Shown here: positions 8,807 to 18,215 of the stretch, one piece after another
How the letters are laid out: each line of letters starts with the position of its first letter
Position numbering within the stretch: position 1 is the stretch's first letter
Origin: an uncultured bacterium
GTDB taxonomy: Bacteria; Patescibacteriota; Minisyncoccia; Phycocordibacterales; UBA2100
Reading direction: 5' to 3'
Length of the DNA: 64,000 nt
Assembly (NCBI GenBank): GCA_903824595.1
Contig: CAIJXH010000004.1
Coordinates: forward strand, 40,697 to 104,696
Notes under the pieces: model-generated
The model's input: only the letters and a program-made list of their open reading frames with translations
Database searches by the model: none
Told to the model about the DNA's origin: nothing
Position numbers and translations under genes: made by a program

Positions 8807-9850
8807 ATGCGGCGAGCTTTTTTGCTTGTGTCGATACTACTCGTATGCGGATCCGTCGTCCCATCCACGACGCACGCTTCGGCACTTTCCGACATCCTCG
8901 ACTCACTGCAAAAGAACATCCTTCCCATGCAATCGAGCACCTCATCGGATGGTAATTTGCAGACCATATCCGTTTTGAAACCTGCTTCCAACATCGACCC
9001 CGCAGCGACGCGCAACACGAGCACCGTTACCATTGTGGATGATTCGGCATTGCTGCCCGACGAAGGACCTGCGGGCACAATGGCAAGCATTGACGGATCG
9101 AGAGGCGGCACCATCAGCACATACACCGTGCGCACGGGCGATACCCTGTCGAGCATTGCGGCGATGTTCAAAATCCCCGTCAACACGATCCTCTGGGCAA
9201 ACGATCTCTCGCGGTCGTCATCGTTGCGCGTGGGTGAAACACTCACGATTCTCCCCATTCCTGGAGTGCCGTATACCGTCAAGAAGGGCGACACCATTGC
9301 GCGCATTGCCACGCGATACGGAGGTGATCCTGCTGAAATCATGAGCTACAACGGGATCGACGAAACCACGCTCGCCGTCGGCACACAGATCATCATTCCA
9401 GATGGCGAAGCACCCGCGACACCACCCAAACAAAATACGAAAGCCACGCGAAGCAACAATGAGCCTGCACACAACGTGGGACCAGCGGGCACGTTGACAC
9501 AGATTGGCTACTACATTCGCCCGATCGTTGGCGGAGTGAAGACGCAAGGCATTCACGGCTACAACGCGGTCGACCTCGCCGCTCCTATCGGCACACCTAT
9601 CCTTGCTTCTGCCGAAGGCGATGTGATCGTCGCAAAAGAAGGCGGGTGGAACGGAGGCTACGGCAGCTACATCGTCATCCAGCACGACAACGGCAGCCAG
9701 ACGCTCTATGGACACGCATCGGGCGTCGTTGTAAACAGTGGGCAGCACGTGCGGCAAGGACAAGTGATCGGCTATGTAGGATCGACAGGCAAATCGACAG
9801 GTTCGCATGTTCACTTCGAGATTCGCAACGGGATTAGGAATCCGTTCTAG
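8807..9850 (+). CDS. Secreted LysM-domain M23 family metallopeptidase (peptidoglycan hydrolase).
   Basis: Signal peptide MRRAFLLVSILLVCGS. Two LysM repeats (YTVRTGDTLSSIAAMF / YTVKKGDTIARIATRY). M23 catalytic motifs HGYNAVDLAAPIGTPI and GSTGKSTGSHVHFEI. Confidence 0.8.
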   Translation: MRRAFLLVSILLVCGSVVPSTTHASALSDILDSLQKNILPMQSSTSSDGNLQTISVLKPASNIDPAATRNTSTVTIVDDSALLPDEGPAGTMASIDGSRGGTISTYTVRTGDTLSSIAAMFKIPVNTILWANDLSRSSSLRVGETLTILPIPGVPYTVKKGDTIARIATRYGGDPAEIMSYNGIDETTLAVGTQIIIPDGEAPATPPKQNTKATRSNNEPAHNVGPAGTLTQIGYYIRPIVGGVKTQGIHGYNAVDLAAPIGTPILASAEGDVIVAKEGGWNGGYGSYIVIQHDNGSQTLYGHASGVVVNSGQHVRQGQVIGYVGSTGKSTGSHVHFEIRNGIRNPF

Positions 9851-9954
9851 CGTTCATGCGCTAAAGTACTGATTTTGTTGCCCAAACATATCTCGCTTGC
9901 TATGGTTGTCGCGGAGCGTTCTTTTGCTCTTTGACACCGTATGGGAGAAACGCG

Positions 9955-11457
9955 ATGATCGGGTTTACAAAAGATCGCACTACCATCGCCGTTGTCGGCG
10001 CACAGTGGGGCGATGAGGGCAAAGGGAAAATTGCGGACATACTCGCGAGAGACGCGCACATCGTCGCGCGAGGCACTGGAGGCAGCAATGCGGGACACAC
10101 CATCATTCACGAAGGAACTGCACACGTACTCCACCAGTTGCCATGCGGAATTCTCTACCCAAACACGTTGAGTGTTATCGGGAGAGGTGCGGCGGTAAAT
10201 CCACTCGCGCTGACGCGCGAGATCAATGCCGCCACAGACGCGGGCATGTCGTGCCACGGATTACGTATCTCAAACCATGCGCGATTAGTGACACCGATCG
10301 AGATATTGATCGACAGAATCACTGAAGCAGAGGGCAGCGCGATAGGGACGACAGGTCGCGGCATCGGTCCGACCTATACAGCGCACGTGGAACGCCGCGG
10401 ACTGTTCGTCAATGACACGCTCAACAAGGAGGAGCTGAAAAAGAAACTGCAACATTCGGTAGAGGCAGTGATGCCCTTCTTGCGAGCATTTCATCCTGGA
10501 ACTACAAGACGTATCCTTGGCGCCGACGACATGGAGAAAGGCGCATTCTACAAAGACCCAGACTCTATATTCAACATCGACGCGATTATTGATGTATATC
10601 GTGAATTCGCGCGGCGCTTCAGAGAAAGAATCGTTAATACGGACAGACTCATACAGTCCAACGTGGGGAAACAGAAAATACTGCTCGAAGGATCGCAAGG
10701 CATATTGCTTTCGATCGAGCATGGCACGTATCCATTCGTCACCTCGTCTGACAGTACGCTGCCCGGGCTTGCAGAAGGGGTCGGCATTCAGAGCAGAGAC
10801 GTTGATCACACCTATGTGGTAGCGAAAGCGCCCTACATGACTCGCGTCGGAGACGGTCCATTCCCCACCGAACTCGGCGGAAAGACCTCGGCACAGTGGT
10901 GCAAAAACAACACCAAAGAGCGAGAAATCGAGGAGTATCCCGAGCCCGATATCAATTCAGACGAAATGTTCGAGCGCGGCGTCGCCATACGCCGACTTGG
11001 TAACGAATATGGCTCTACGACGAAAAGACTTCGACGCATCGGATGGCTCGATATCCCTCTGTTGCATCATGCGCTCACGTGCGGCGGTGGATTTCAGAGC
11101 GGTCGCGCCAGCATAATACTTACCAAGCTCGACATGGGCGACACCATGGATGATGTGCGGCTATGCATTGCCTATCACTACGCTGGCAAAAAAGGATACG
11201 CCATAGGCAGCTCGCGCCTCCTCCCGGGAAAACGGATGTGCGTCGCACCTATGGATCAATACGCCCTCGCCAATTCAACACCACTCTATCGCGAGTGTCG
11301 TGGATGGAAATGTTCGTTGCGTGGCATAACCTCTGCCAATGATCTACCGCGCGCCCTGCTTGAATACATCGCGGCAATACAAGAATACGCAGGCGATGAC
11401 GTGAAGATCGATGCTATCTCTGTCGGCCCACGAGGACACGAGACAATCGCCCTATAA
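9955..11457 (+). CDS. purA: Adenylosuccinate synthetase.
   Basis: P-loop GAQWGDEGKGKI, GSNAGHT, TTGRGIGP motifs. Longer than typical PurA (~500 aa), so likely carries insertions. Confidence 0.85.
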   Translation: MIGFTKDRTTIAVVGAQWGDEGKGKIADILARDAHIVARGTGGSNAGHTIIHEGTAHVLHQLPCGILYPNTLSVIGRGAAVNPLALTREINAATDAGMSCHGLRISNHARLVTPIEILIDRITEAEGSAIGTTGRGIGPTYTAHVERRGLFVNDTLNKEELKKKLQHSVEAVMPFLRAFHPGTTRRILGADDMEKGAFYKDPDSIFNIDAIIDVYREFARRFRERIVNTDRLIQSNVGKQKILLEGSQGILLSIEHGTYPFVTSSDSTLPGLAEGVGIQSRDVDHTYVVAKAPYMTRVGDGPFPTELGGKTSAQWCKNNTKEREIEEYPEPDINSDEMFERGVAIRRLGNEYGSTTKRLRRIGWLDIPLLHHALTCGGGFQSGRASIILTKLDMGDTMDDVRLCIAYHYAGKKGYAIGSSRLLPGKRMCVAPMDQYALANSTPLYRECRGWKCSLRGITSANDLPRALLEYIAAIQEYAGDDVKIDAISVGPRGHETIAL

Positions 11458-11470
11458 CCAGTACACAAAA

Positions 11471-11500
11471 GCGGAGGACACAAACCTCCGCTTTTTCTTT
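11471..11500 (+). terminator. Intrinsic terminator after purA.
   Basis: GCGGAGG-acacaaa-CCTCCGC stem followed by TTTTTCTTT. Confidence 0.6.
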
Positions 11501-11534
11501 ACCATTCCCTCGCCCGATACTGAAGTGCTTCGAG
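11501..11534. repeat. Direct repeat copy A (33/34 nt). Duplicated 3' end of comM (encodes ...LEALQYRAREW*) delimiting an inserted segment.
   Basis: Sequence acCattccctcgcccgatactgaagtgcttcgag is identical (1 mismatch) to 12771..12804, which is the genuine comM 3' end. Confidence 0.8.
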
Positions 11535-11555
11535 CTGCGCCAATTGCATAATATT

Positions 11556-12686
11556 CTATTGCACAACATCTTCTCGCAAGAAATCGTCTGGAGTTACCAC
11601 TCGTGTGATCGCCTCGGGATAATATTTCAGGAACGTCGCAAAATTGACACTACCAGAAGTCAGCTTGCATTCGTAGGCACGCAACACACGACCATCCATT
11701 CGTATAAAATCGATTTCCTTCTTATCGCGCGTGCGCCAAAAATACGTCTTCGGCGGAAATGACACGAGAGTATCTCGTTTCATAAGCTCTATAAAGAATA
11801 GTGACTCAAATAGAATGCCGCGCTCCACGTCGTTTGTGCCACTCGAAAATCCGCCCACGAGTGCATTGCGTACGCCGAGATCCAAGAAATATACTTTGTA
11901 GGATTTCTTAAGTTCGTTGGCATAATTGCGCGCAAATGAATACACGCGCTTAATAACGAAGGACTGCTCCAAAAGCCGAATATATTTTTCCACTGTGACT
12001 TGCGTGATTCCAAGCTCTTTCGAGAGATCGTTGGTAGAAACCGTGCTTCCAATACGCATTGCCAGATGCGTGAGCAAATCTTCGAACGCTTTCGGATTGC
12101 GAATCGCCTCAAACGTAAAGACGTCTTTATACAAATAGTTCGTCGCAATGTTCTTAATCTCCTCCTGTTTTTCAAGAAAGGTGGGAGCTGTTACGACCGC
12201 AGGATACGAACCAAACGCCATAAGATCATCGAAAATTTTCTGGGTGATCTCACAAGCACGACGAATCTCGAGAAGCGACAATGGATACAATAAGTATTCC
12301 GAGGCACGGCCAGTCAATGGTTCTTTCACCTTATTGGCAAGATCAAACGCAGAAGAACCAGTCGCAATGATTTTTATATCAGGATATGTGTCATAGAATA
12401 TCTTTAATATCTTGCCTATATTTGTAATAGTTTGTGCTTCATCAAAGACCACAATTTTTTTGTCAGCTATAAGCTGCAAGAGCTTCTCTGGTTTACCAAG
12501 CGCGAAATGACGTCGGACGTCTGCATGTTCGCAATTGAAATATCCGCCACGGTCTCCGTATGGAACGAGTAGTTTTTTTGCAAGTGTTGTCTTGCCCGAC
12601 TGTCGCGGTCCTAAAATGATCACAATACCCTTCCCTTGAAGACGTTCTGTAATAGAGTTTTCTATTTCACGTTTGAAAATATGCAT
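11556..12686 (-). CDS. AAA-family ATPase with C-terminal DUF4143-like domain (ATP-binding protein often found as single-gene insertions).
   Basis: Walker A GPRQSGKTTLAK, Walker B IVVFDEAQ, C-terminal region typical of the DUF4143 ATPases. Lies between the two comM 3'-end repeats. Confidence 0.75.
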   Translation of the reverse strand: MHIFKREIENSITERLQGKGIVIILGPRQSGKTTLAKKLLVPYGDRGGYFNCEHADVRRHFALGKPEKLLQLIADKKIVVFDEAQTITNIGKILKIFYDTYPDIKIIATGSSAFDLANKVKEPLTGRASEYLLYPLSLLEIRRACEITQKIFDDLMAFGSYPAVVTAPTFLEKQEEIKNIATNYLYKDVFTFEAIRNPKAFEDLLTHLAMRIGSTVSTNDLSKELGITQVTVEKYIRLLEQSFVIKRVYSFARNYANELKKSYKVYFLDLGVRNALVGGFSSGTNDVERGILFESLFFIELMKRDTLVSFPPKTYFWRTRDKKEIDFIRMDGRVLRAYECKLTSGSVNFATFLKYYPEAITRVVTPDDFLREDVVQ

Positions 12687-12721
12687 ATTTCAACAAAAAC
12701 AACAATTTATGACTATACTCA

Positions 12722-12750
12722 TATATTGCTCTATCATCTATTTTTGTCAA
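12722..12750 (-). promoter_or_regulatory. Putative sigma70-like promoter for the AAA ATPase gene (-35 TTGACA, 17-nt spacer, -10 AATATA).
   Basis: Read on the minus strand: cTTGACAaaaatagatgatagagcAATATAtg, ~35 nt upstream of the ATG. Confidence 0.25.
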
Positions 12751-12768
12751 GCACTGTACTGTGCGTAA

Positions 12769-14313
12769 TTACAATTCCCTCGCCCGATACTGAAGTGCTT
12801 CGAGCATGTGCGCGGGCTCGATGGTGTCGGACGCGGCGAGATCGGCGACAGTACGCGCGAGTTTGATGGTGCGATGATATCCGCGTGCCGAAAGCTTCAT
12901 GGTGCGCGCCGCCTGCTGGAGTGTTTCTTCTGCCTTCCGCGACAGATTGGCAAGAGATTCGATATGTTTTGCTCTCATGTCGGCGTTGGTGGAAATGCCG
13001 GGAGACGACGCAAAGCGCGCTCGCTGACGCTCGCGCGCGCCTGCAACAGCGGCGCGCGCCGCATGCGTCTCTCCTCCTTTGCCCTTTGCATCCGCTTTGA
13101 GCGACTCGGGTGGCATCTCGCTCACATGTACCCACATGTCTATGCGGTCGGCGACAGGTCCTGAAATCTTGCGGCGATATTTTTCGATCGCATGGGGCAT
13201 GCAGCGGCAACGTGGTGTATGGGCAAATCCGCACGGACACGGATTGAGAGCAGCAATCAACATGAAGCTCGCGGGAAATATCGCGGAGCCCTTGGCGCGT
13301 GAAATGGATACAACGCGATCTTCGAGCGGCTCGCGCAACGCGTTGACCACATCGCGATGAAATTCCGGGAACTCGTCGCAAAAAAGCACTCCTCGATGTG
13401 CGAGCGTCGCTTCGCCCGGACGAATCCCCGACGATCCGCCGCCGATGAGCGACGCATAGGACGACGTGTGATGCGGAGAGCGAAAAGGAGGACGAAAGAT
13501 CGGCGCGCCCGAGAGGTTGCCAGAAAGCGAATGAATAGTCGTCACCTCGATCATTTCATCCTCAACAAGATCGGGAAGAATAGATGCAGCGGCGCGCGCG
13601 AGCAACGTCTTCCCCGTACCGGGCGGTCCGTAGAGCGCAATGTTGTGTCCGCCCGCGGCTGCGATGATCATGCCGCGTTTAGCGCTCCCTTGACCGCGAA
13701 TGTCATCGAAGGCGGTGTCGTCGAGCACACCGCGCACGGATGATTGCTTTGGCGCGTACTCTTCGTGTTCGCCTCCGAGCAACGAGAGCAATTGCTTGAG
13801 TGAAGAAACGGGATGAATACGAATGGTGGAGATGAGCGATGCTTCTTCGTAGTTATCTTCGGGAATGTAGAGATCGGTGAATCCCGCCTCGCGCGCGGCA
13901 CTCGAGATCGAGAGCGCGCCAAGAATTGGGCGCACGGTGCCATCAAGCCCCAACTCTCCTGCAAAAAGCTTGCCCGACGGATCAAACGCAACCTGCTCCG
14001 ACGCGAGCAGAAAAGCCAGCGCGAGCGACACGTCAAACACCGCGCCTTCTTTTTTGAGTGCAGCCGGCGCGAGCGAGAGGACGATTTTTTTATTGCTTCG
14101 TTTGGGCGATTCTAAATCATCGGTGTTCTTTATCGCCGCCGCAATGCGGTCTTTCGCTTCCTCAACCGATTTGTCAGGCAATCCTACGATCGTGAAGGCG
14201 TGCAATCCTTTCACAATATCGCACTCAACCGACACGACCGCCGCCTTGGGAAGCATCGGCTGCGCGCCATACACCCGCGCAAATCCCGACTCTATTTTCT
14301 GCTTCGCGTTCAC
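12769..14313 (-). CDS. comM: Mg-chelatase-like AAA+ ATPase ComM/YifB (competence-associated).
   Basis: N-terminal Lon-like domain, Walker A GPPGTGKT, FCDEFPEF, Cys cluster CPCG...C, C-terminal helix ...LEALQYRAREL. Confidence 0.85.
   Translation of the reverse strand: MNAKQKIESGFARVYGAQPMLPKAAVVSVECDIVKGLHAFTIVGLPDKSVEEAKDRIAAAIKNTDDLESPKRSNKKIVLSLAPAALKKEGAVFDVSLALAFLLASEQVAFDPSGKLFAGELGLDGTVRPILGALSISSAAREAGFTDLYIPEDNYEEASLISTIRIHPVSSLKQLLSLLGGEHEEYAPKQSSVRGVLDDTAFDDIRGQGSAKRGMIIAAAGGHNIALYGPPGTGKTLLARAAASILPDLVEDEMIEVTTIHSLSGNLSGAPIFRPPFRSPHHTSSYASLIGGGSSGIRPGEATLAHRGVLFCDEFPEFHRDVVNALREPLEDRVVSISRAKGSAIFPASFMLIAALNPCPCGFAHTPRCRCMPHAIEKYRRKISGPVADRIDMWVHVSEMPPESLKADAKGKGGETHAARAAVAGARERQRARFASSPGISTNADMRAKHIESLANLSRKAEETLQQAARTMKLSARGYHRTIKLARTVADLAASDTIEPAHMLEALQYRAREL
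12771..12804. repeat. Direct repeat copy B: the genuine 3' end of comM.
   Basis: Matches 11501..11534. Confidence 0.8.
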
Positions 14314-14334
14314 GCAAAGTATTGTACTACACGG

Positions 14335-14694
14335 TTACGCATGCGCCACGCACGTACGCGCGGCGGGATTGGCTTCGAGACGCTCGGTGGCGATTGGTTC
14401 GCCGCCCACTTCGCACACACCATAGGTGCCATTCTCAATTTTCTTGAGCGCGTCATTCACATCACCGCGACGCATTTCCAACTCTTCTACAAGTGGAACG
14501 TTGATCATCAATTCTTCTATGTTGTCGGCAGCGTCTGTCGGGTCAGCTTCTCCACCAGACACTCCGTGTATCGAACCTTGCCAATCGCCATTTTTCCGCG
14601 ACCCGTGTTGCATCAAATCTTCGTCGAGCGTATCGCGTTCCGTCAAAAGGCGCGCGCGGAACGCTTCTATATGTGCATGAGTACGTGTATTCAT
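14335..14694 (-). CDS. DksA/TraR-family protein with degenerate zinc finger.
   Basis: C-terminal GTYGVCEVGGEPIATERLEANPAARTC resembles the DksA zinc-finger region (only 2 Cys); coiled-coil N-terminal part. Start at MNTRTH. Confidence 0.5.
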   Translation of the reverse strand: MNTRTHAHIEAFRARLLTERDTLDEDLMQHGSRKNGDWQGSIHGVSGGEADPTDAADNIEELMINVPLVEELEMRRGDVNDALKKIENGTYGVCEVGGEPIATERLEANPAARTCVAHA

Positions 14695-14727
14695 ATGCTC
14701 ATATGATACCAGACTCGCGAACATCGT

Positions 14728-15990
14728 CTACAGCGCCTTCCCCACTCGCAAACGCGCCAATACTTCTTTGAGAGAATACGGGCTCTCACCTATGATCAGC
14801 AGGTGTTTTGTAGGAAACACGTAGTACAGCACGATGTCTCCAGAATCATCTTTGAGAGTGCGCGCATCATAATTTTCAAGCACGACATCACCAAAGCGAC
14901 GTTTTTCTGGCAGTCCGTTACTTCCTACAACTTGATCGGGCACGCCCGCACTTGCAGGCTGAAGATCGGCATTGATGGTTTGTTCCCACGCGAGCATACC
15001 CGCAAACGCACGCTCATACGATGTTACCGGCACCACAAACACCAACGCATTGCGATCGGTCGCATGAATGCCAAAGAAGAAGTCGTCGCCAAGCGCTCGC
15101 AAAAGATCGTCTGGAACATGGGTATCCAATGCCGTGATAAATTCTGAAAACGTCGCTGGTCGCGCCGCATTTTTACCAGAAACATCGTCTTCGGGAGACA
15201 CGGTGGGGACAATACGAACCAGTGATCCAAGCGATATGTTTGGATGTTGTCGCGCCTGCATCAGCATGTTCTTGAGATCAAATCCCGATCGATGTTGAAT
15301 AGGTAGCACCTCCGAGCGTTCGGCAAACATGAGTGAGCCATCCGACGGCGGAGGCGCTACATACAGCGACTGTATAATCCCCACACCCACAAGCAGCAGG
15401 ACGATCACACACACAATACCCATGACTTTCCACGCGATTCCCTTTTTCCCCTGTGGCACCTCGAGAGGGACTGATTGTTTTTTCTCACTATTGCGATCTT
15501 CTTCGAGTGTCGCGGCGCGCACGAGAGAAATTTTCTGTTCTTTGATGACCATCTGCAAATCATCCTTGAGCGTGTGGAGCGGGACAACCGATGAGTGATC
15601 TTGAGCGCTGCTGGCTTGTTCAACTGAATGCGCTTCATGCGCGATTGCCGTCGTACCATCTTCTGCTATCGCATGCTGATGCGGCTTTGTTGCGCCTAGT
15701 CGTGTATCGTAGACGACCATATCGCCCTGCGTGCCGACATCATCCGATACCGCACGCCTCTCTGGAAGCCGCGTCTCGCCAACCACACGTTTCATCTCGT
15801 CTTTTTCAGAGATCACGATCGGCGCGTCTATATTGACCACGTCGTTAGATTCTACGCCTAAAAGATTTTTCGCCGGTGTGTCTTGCATGATCGTGTCCTC
15901 CACCGCTATCGTCTGGGGTGAGCCCTTTGCGAGCAGCCCATTCAGGATCAGCAGCTTTGATAGAGAGATTATACCTCCCTTTTTCATCAA
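14728..15990 (-). CDS. Hypothetical membrane protein (one TM helix GIVCVIVLLLVGVGII). The track start overlaps the pnp 3' end, so the true start is probably internal (e.g. ~15795).
   Basis: Long ORF with a single TM. No recognisable motif. Confidence 0.4.
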   Translation of the reverse strand: MMKKGGIISLSKLLILNGLLAKGSPQTIAVEDTIMQDTPAKNLLGVESNDVVNIDAPIVISEKDEMKRVVGETRLPERRAVSDDVGTQGDMVVYDTRLGATKPHQHAIAEDGTTAIAHEAHSVEQASSAQDHSSVVPLHTLKDDLQMVIKEQKISLVRAATLEEDRNSEKKQSVPLEVPQGKKGIAWKVMGIVCVIVLLLVGVGIIQSLYVAPPPSDGSLMFAERSEVLPIQHRSGFDLKNMLMQARQHPNISLGSLVRIVPTVSPEDDVSGKNAARPATFSEFITALDTHVPDDLLRALGDDFFFGIHATDRNALVFVVPVTSYERAFAGMLAWEQTINADLQPASAGVPDQVVGSNGLPEKRRFGDVVLENYDARTLKDDSGDIVLYYVFPTKHLLIIGESPYSLKEVLARLRVGKAL

Positions 15991-18040
15991 TTTCTTTTAT
16001 GACAACGGGAACAATGTCACCGATCTGTACGGCATCGGTTATTTTGCCAATTCGGAATGGCGCAATCTCTGATACATGCACCAAGCCGTCGGCATTTGCT
16101 CCAATTTTCACAAACGCACCAAAGTCGAGCAAGCGTACCACCGGTCCCTCGAAACGGTCACCCACCATGTATTCGCGCGTGAGATCTTCCACCTCCTTGA
16201 GCGCTGCTTCCGCCGTGCCCTTGCTGCCGGTAATGAAGATGGTTCCGTCTTCTTCAATCGTGATGTCGTCGCACTTGGTACGCTCGCGGATACCGTTGAT
16301 CGTTTTGCCGCCAGGACCGATGACGAGTCCGATCTGATCGACTTTCACGTGCGTTGTGAGGATTTTTGGCGCACGCGGCGAAATATCGGCACGCGGCGCG
16401 GGGATCGCTTTCGTGATAACGTCAAGAATCTGGAGACGCGCTTTTTTCGCCTGCGCAAACGCCTGCGAGAGCACGAGGAGCGGCACACCTTCTACCTTTA
16501 CGTCCATCTGCACGCCCGTTACGCCTTCTGACGTACCTGCAACCTTGAAATCCATATCGCCATGATGGTCTTCTGGACCTTGGATGTCGGTGAGAACTTT
16601 GTACTGCTTTGAAGCCGCGTCCGACATCATACCCATCGCGATACCAGCCACAGGACGCGTGATCGGTACGCCCGCATCCATGAGCGCGAGCGTCCCTGCA
16701 CATACCGTTGCCATTGAAGTGGATCCATTTGACGCAAGACATTCCGAGACGATGCGGATGGTGTATGGGAAAACATCTTTCGTCGGCAATACCGAGCGCA
16801 GTGATTTTTCCGCGAGCGCACCATGCCCAATCATACGGCGATTCATGCCACCCACACGACCCGTTTCTCCCACGGAGAACGGCGGGAAGTTGTAGTGCAA
16901 CATGAACGTCTTTTTTGTCTCCTGAAATTCGATCGTATCGAGAAGCTGTGCGTCTCCAGGACCGCCCAAGGTAAGCGCAGCCAAGACGTGTGTTTGTCCG
17001 CGGAAGAAAAGTCCTGTGCCGTGGATCACTGGCGAGATGCCGCCTGCTTGTGCCGAGAGCTGTCGAATCTCATCAAAGGCGCGACCGTCCACGCGCTTGC
17101 CTTCTTTGATCGCAATATCGTGCACATACTCATCCATTTTCTGCTCGTACAAATCGCCGACGATTGAGGGCGAAGCCGTTGGAAATTTTTCGAGTGCGGC
17201 CTTCACCCATTCCTGTTTCCAGCCGGTGATGTCATTTTTCGCAATGAGACCGTTCGATGATTTCATTTTCGGCTCTACCAATTCCGCAAACGCTGCTTTC
17301 AGCTCATCGCTCGCTTCCGGCGTCTTGAAATCAATCTTCTTTTTACCCATCTCGGCGACGATTTTCGCCTGCCACACCTGGATTTTTTCTATTTCTTCGC
17401 TTGCTTTTGCGAGCGCTTTTTCAAGCACGTCCTCGCCCACTTCGCGAGAGTTTACCTCGATCATGTTGATCATGCCGTCTTTGCCGCAAACCGTGAGATC
17501 AATCTTGGCACGGGGCGGCAATTCTTCGCTGCGCTGCGCATACGTGGGCATGACGATCAGCTCGGGATTTTCTTCGTCGAGTCCGATACGGATTGCCGAC
17601 ACAGGACCGTTCCACGGTATGTTGGACGTGGCAAGCGCGAGTGACGCCGCGTTGACCGCGAGAATGTCGTTGTCGTACTCTTCCATCGAGAGCACCGTAA
17701 TGATCACTTGCACGTCGCGCTTGAGTCCTTTTGGAAAGAGCGGGCGGATCGTACGATCGACAATACGACCAGAGAGCACCGCTTCATCCGATGGACGACC
17801 TTCGCGGCGCATGAAACGGCTTCCGAGAATCGCGCCTGCGGCATAAAATTTCTCCTCGTATTCCACCGAGAGAGGAAAATAATCAAGATTCGACTCTTTA
17901 CTCCCCATTACGGCAGTCGCCAAAACAGCACTGTTGCCATACCGCACCAACACCGACCCGTTTGCCTGATCCGCCCACTCATTGAATTCAGCGGATAATT
18001 CTTTCCCCGCAATATCGAGGGAAAACACTTTTTTTTCCAT
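15845..18040 (-). CDS. pnp: Polyribonucleotide nucleotidyltransferase (PNPase).
   Basis: Two RNase PH-like domains plus C-terminal KH and S1 domains (GGKTINGIRE...; MVGDRFEGPVVRLLDFGAFVKI). Start at MEKKVF. Confidence 0.9.
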   Translation of the reverse strand: MEKKVFSLDIAGKELSAEFNEWADQANGSVLVRYGNSAVLATAVMGSKESNLDYFPLSVEYEEKFYAAGAILGSRFMRREGRPSDEAVLSGRIVDRTIRPLFPKGLKRDVQVIITVLSMEEYDNDILAVNAASLALATSNIPWNGPVSAIRIGLDEENPELIVMPTYAQRSEELPPRAKIDLTVCGKDGMINMIEVNSREVGEDVLEKALAKASEEIEKIQVWQAKIVAEMGKKKIDFKTPEASDELKAAFAELVEPKMKSSNGLIAKNDITGWKQEWVKAALEKFPTASPSIVGDLYEQKMDEYVHDIAIKEGKRVDGRAFDEIRQLSAQAGGISPVIHGTGLFFRGQTHVLAALTLGGPGDAQLLDTIEFQETKKTFMLHYNFPPFSVGETGRVGGMNRRMIGHGALAEKSLRSVLPTKDVFPYTIRIVSECLASNGSTSMATVCAGTLALMDAGVPITRPVAGIAMGMMSDAASKQYKVLTDIQGPEDHHGDMDFKVAGTSEGVTGVQMDVKVEGVPLLVLSQAFAQAKKARLQILDVITKAIPAPRADISPRAPKILTTHVKVDQIGLVIGPGGKTINGIRERTKCDDITIEEDGTIFITGSKGTAEAALKEVEDLTREYMVGDRFEGPVVRLLDFGAFVKIGANADGLVHVSEIAPFRIGKITDAVQIGDIVPVVIKEIDEKGRYNLSIKAADPEWAARKGLTPDDSGGGHDHARHTGEKSFRRRI

Positions 18041-18215
18041 TACTTTTTTGGGTGACGTTCGGATTTCAGCATGAGTTCTCGTGCTTTGCACTCAACTCAT
18101 TCTGCCTATCCGAGCGCCACGATTACAATAATACATGCACGATACCACGCCACCACCGATTCGCCAAAAACACCAGCACAGAATGCAAAATCCTCGAGCG
18201 CAACACATTCGACCG

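Noticed and set aside
9955-11457. purA as fusion/novel enzyme because it is ~70 aa longer than usual.
   Set aside because: All canonical adenylosuccinate synthetase motifs are present in order. The extra length is most simply explained by lineage-specific insertions.
11486-11536. 16-codon mini-ORF (MQLAQLEALQYRAREW*) as a real gene.
   Set aside because: It is the duplicated comM 3' end created by the insertion, not an independent gene.
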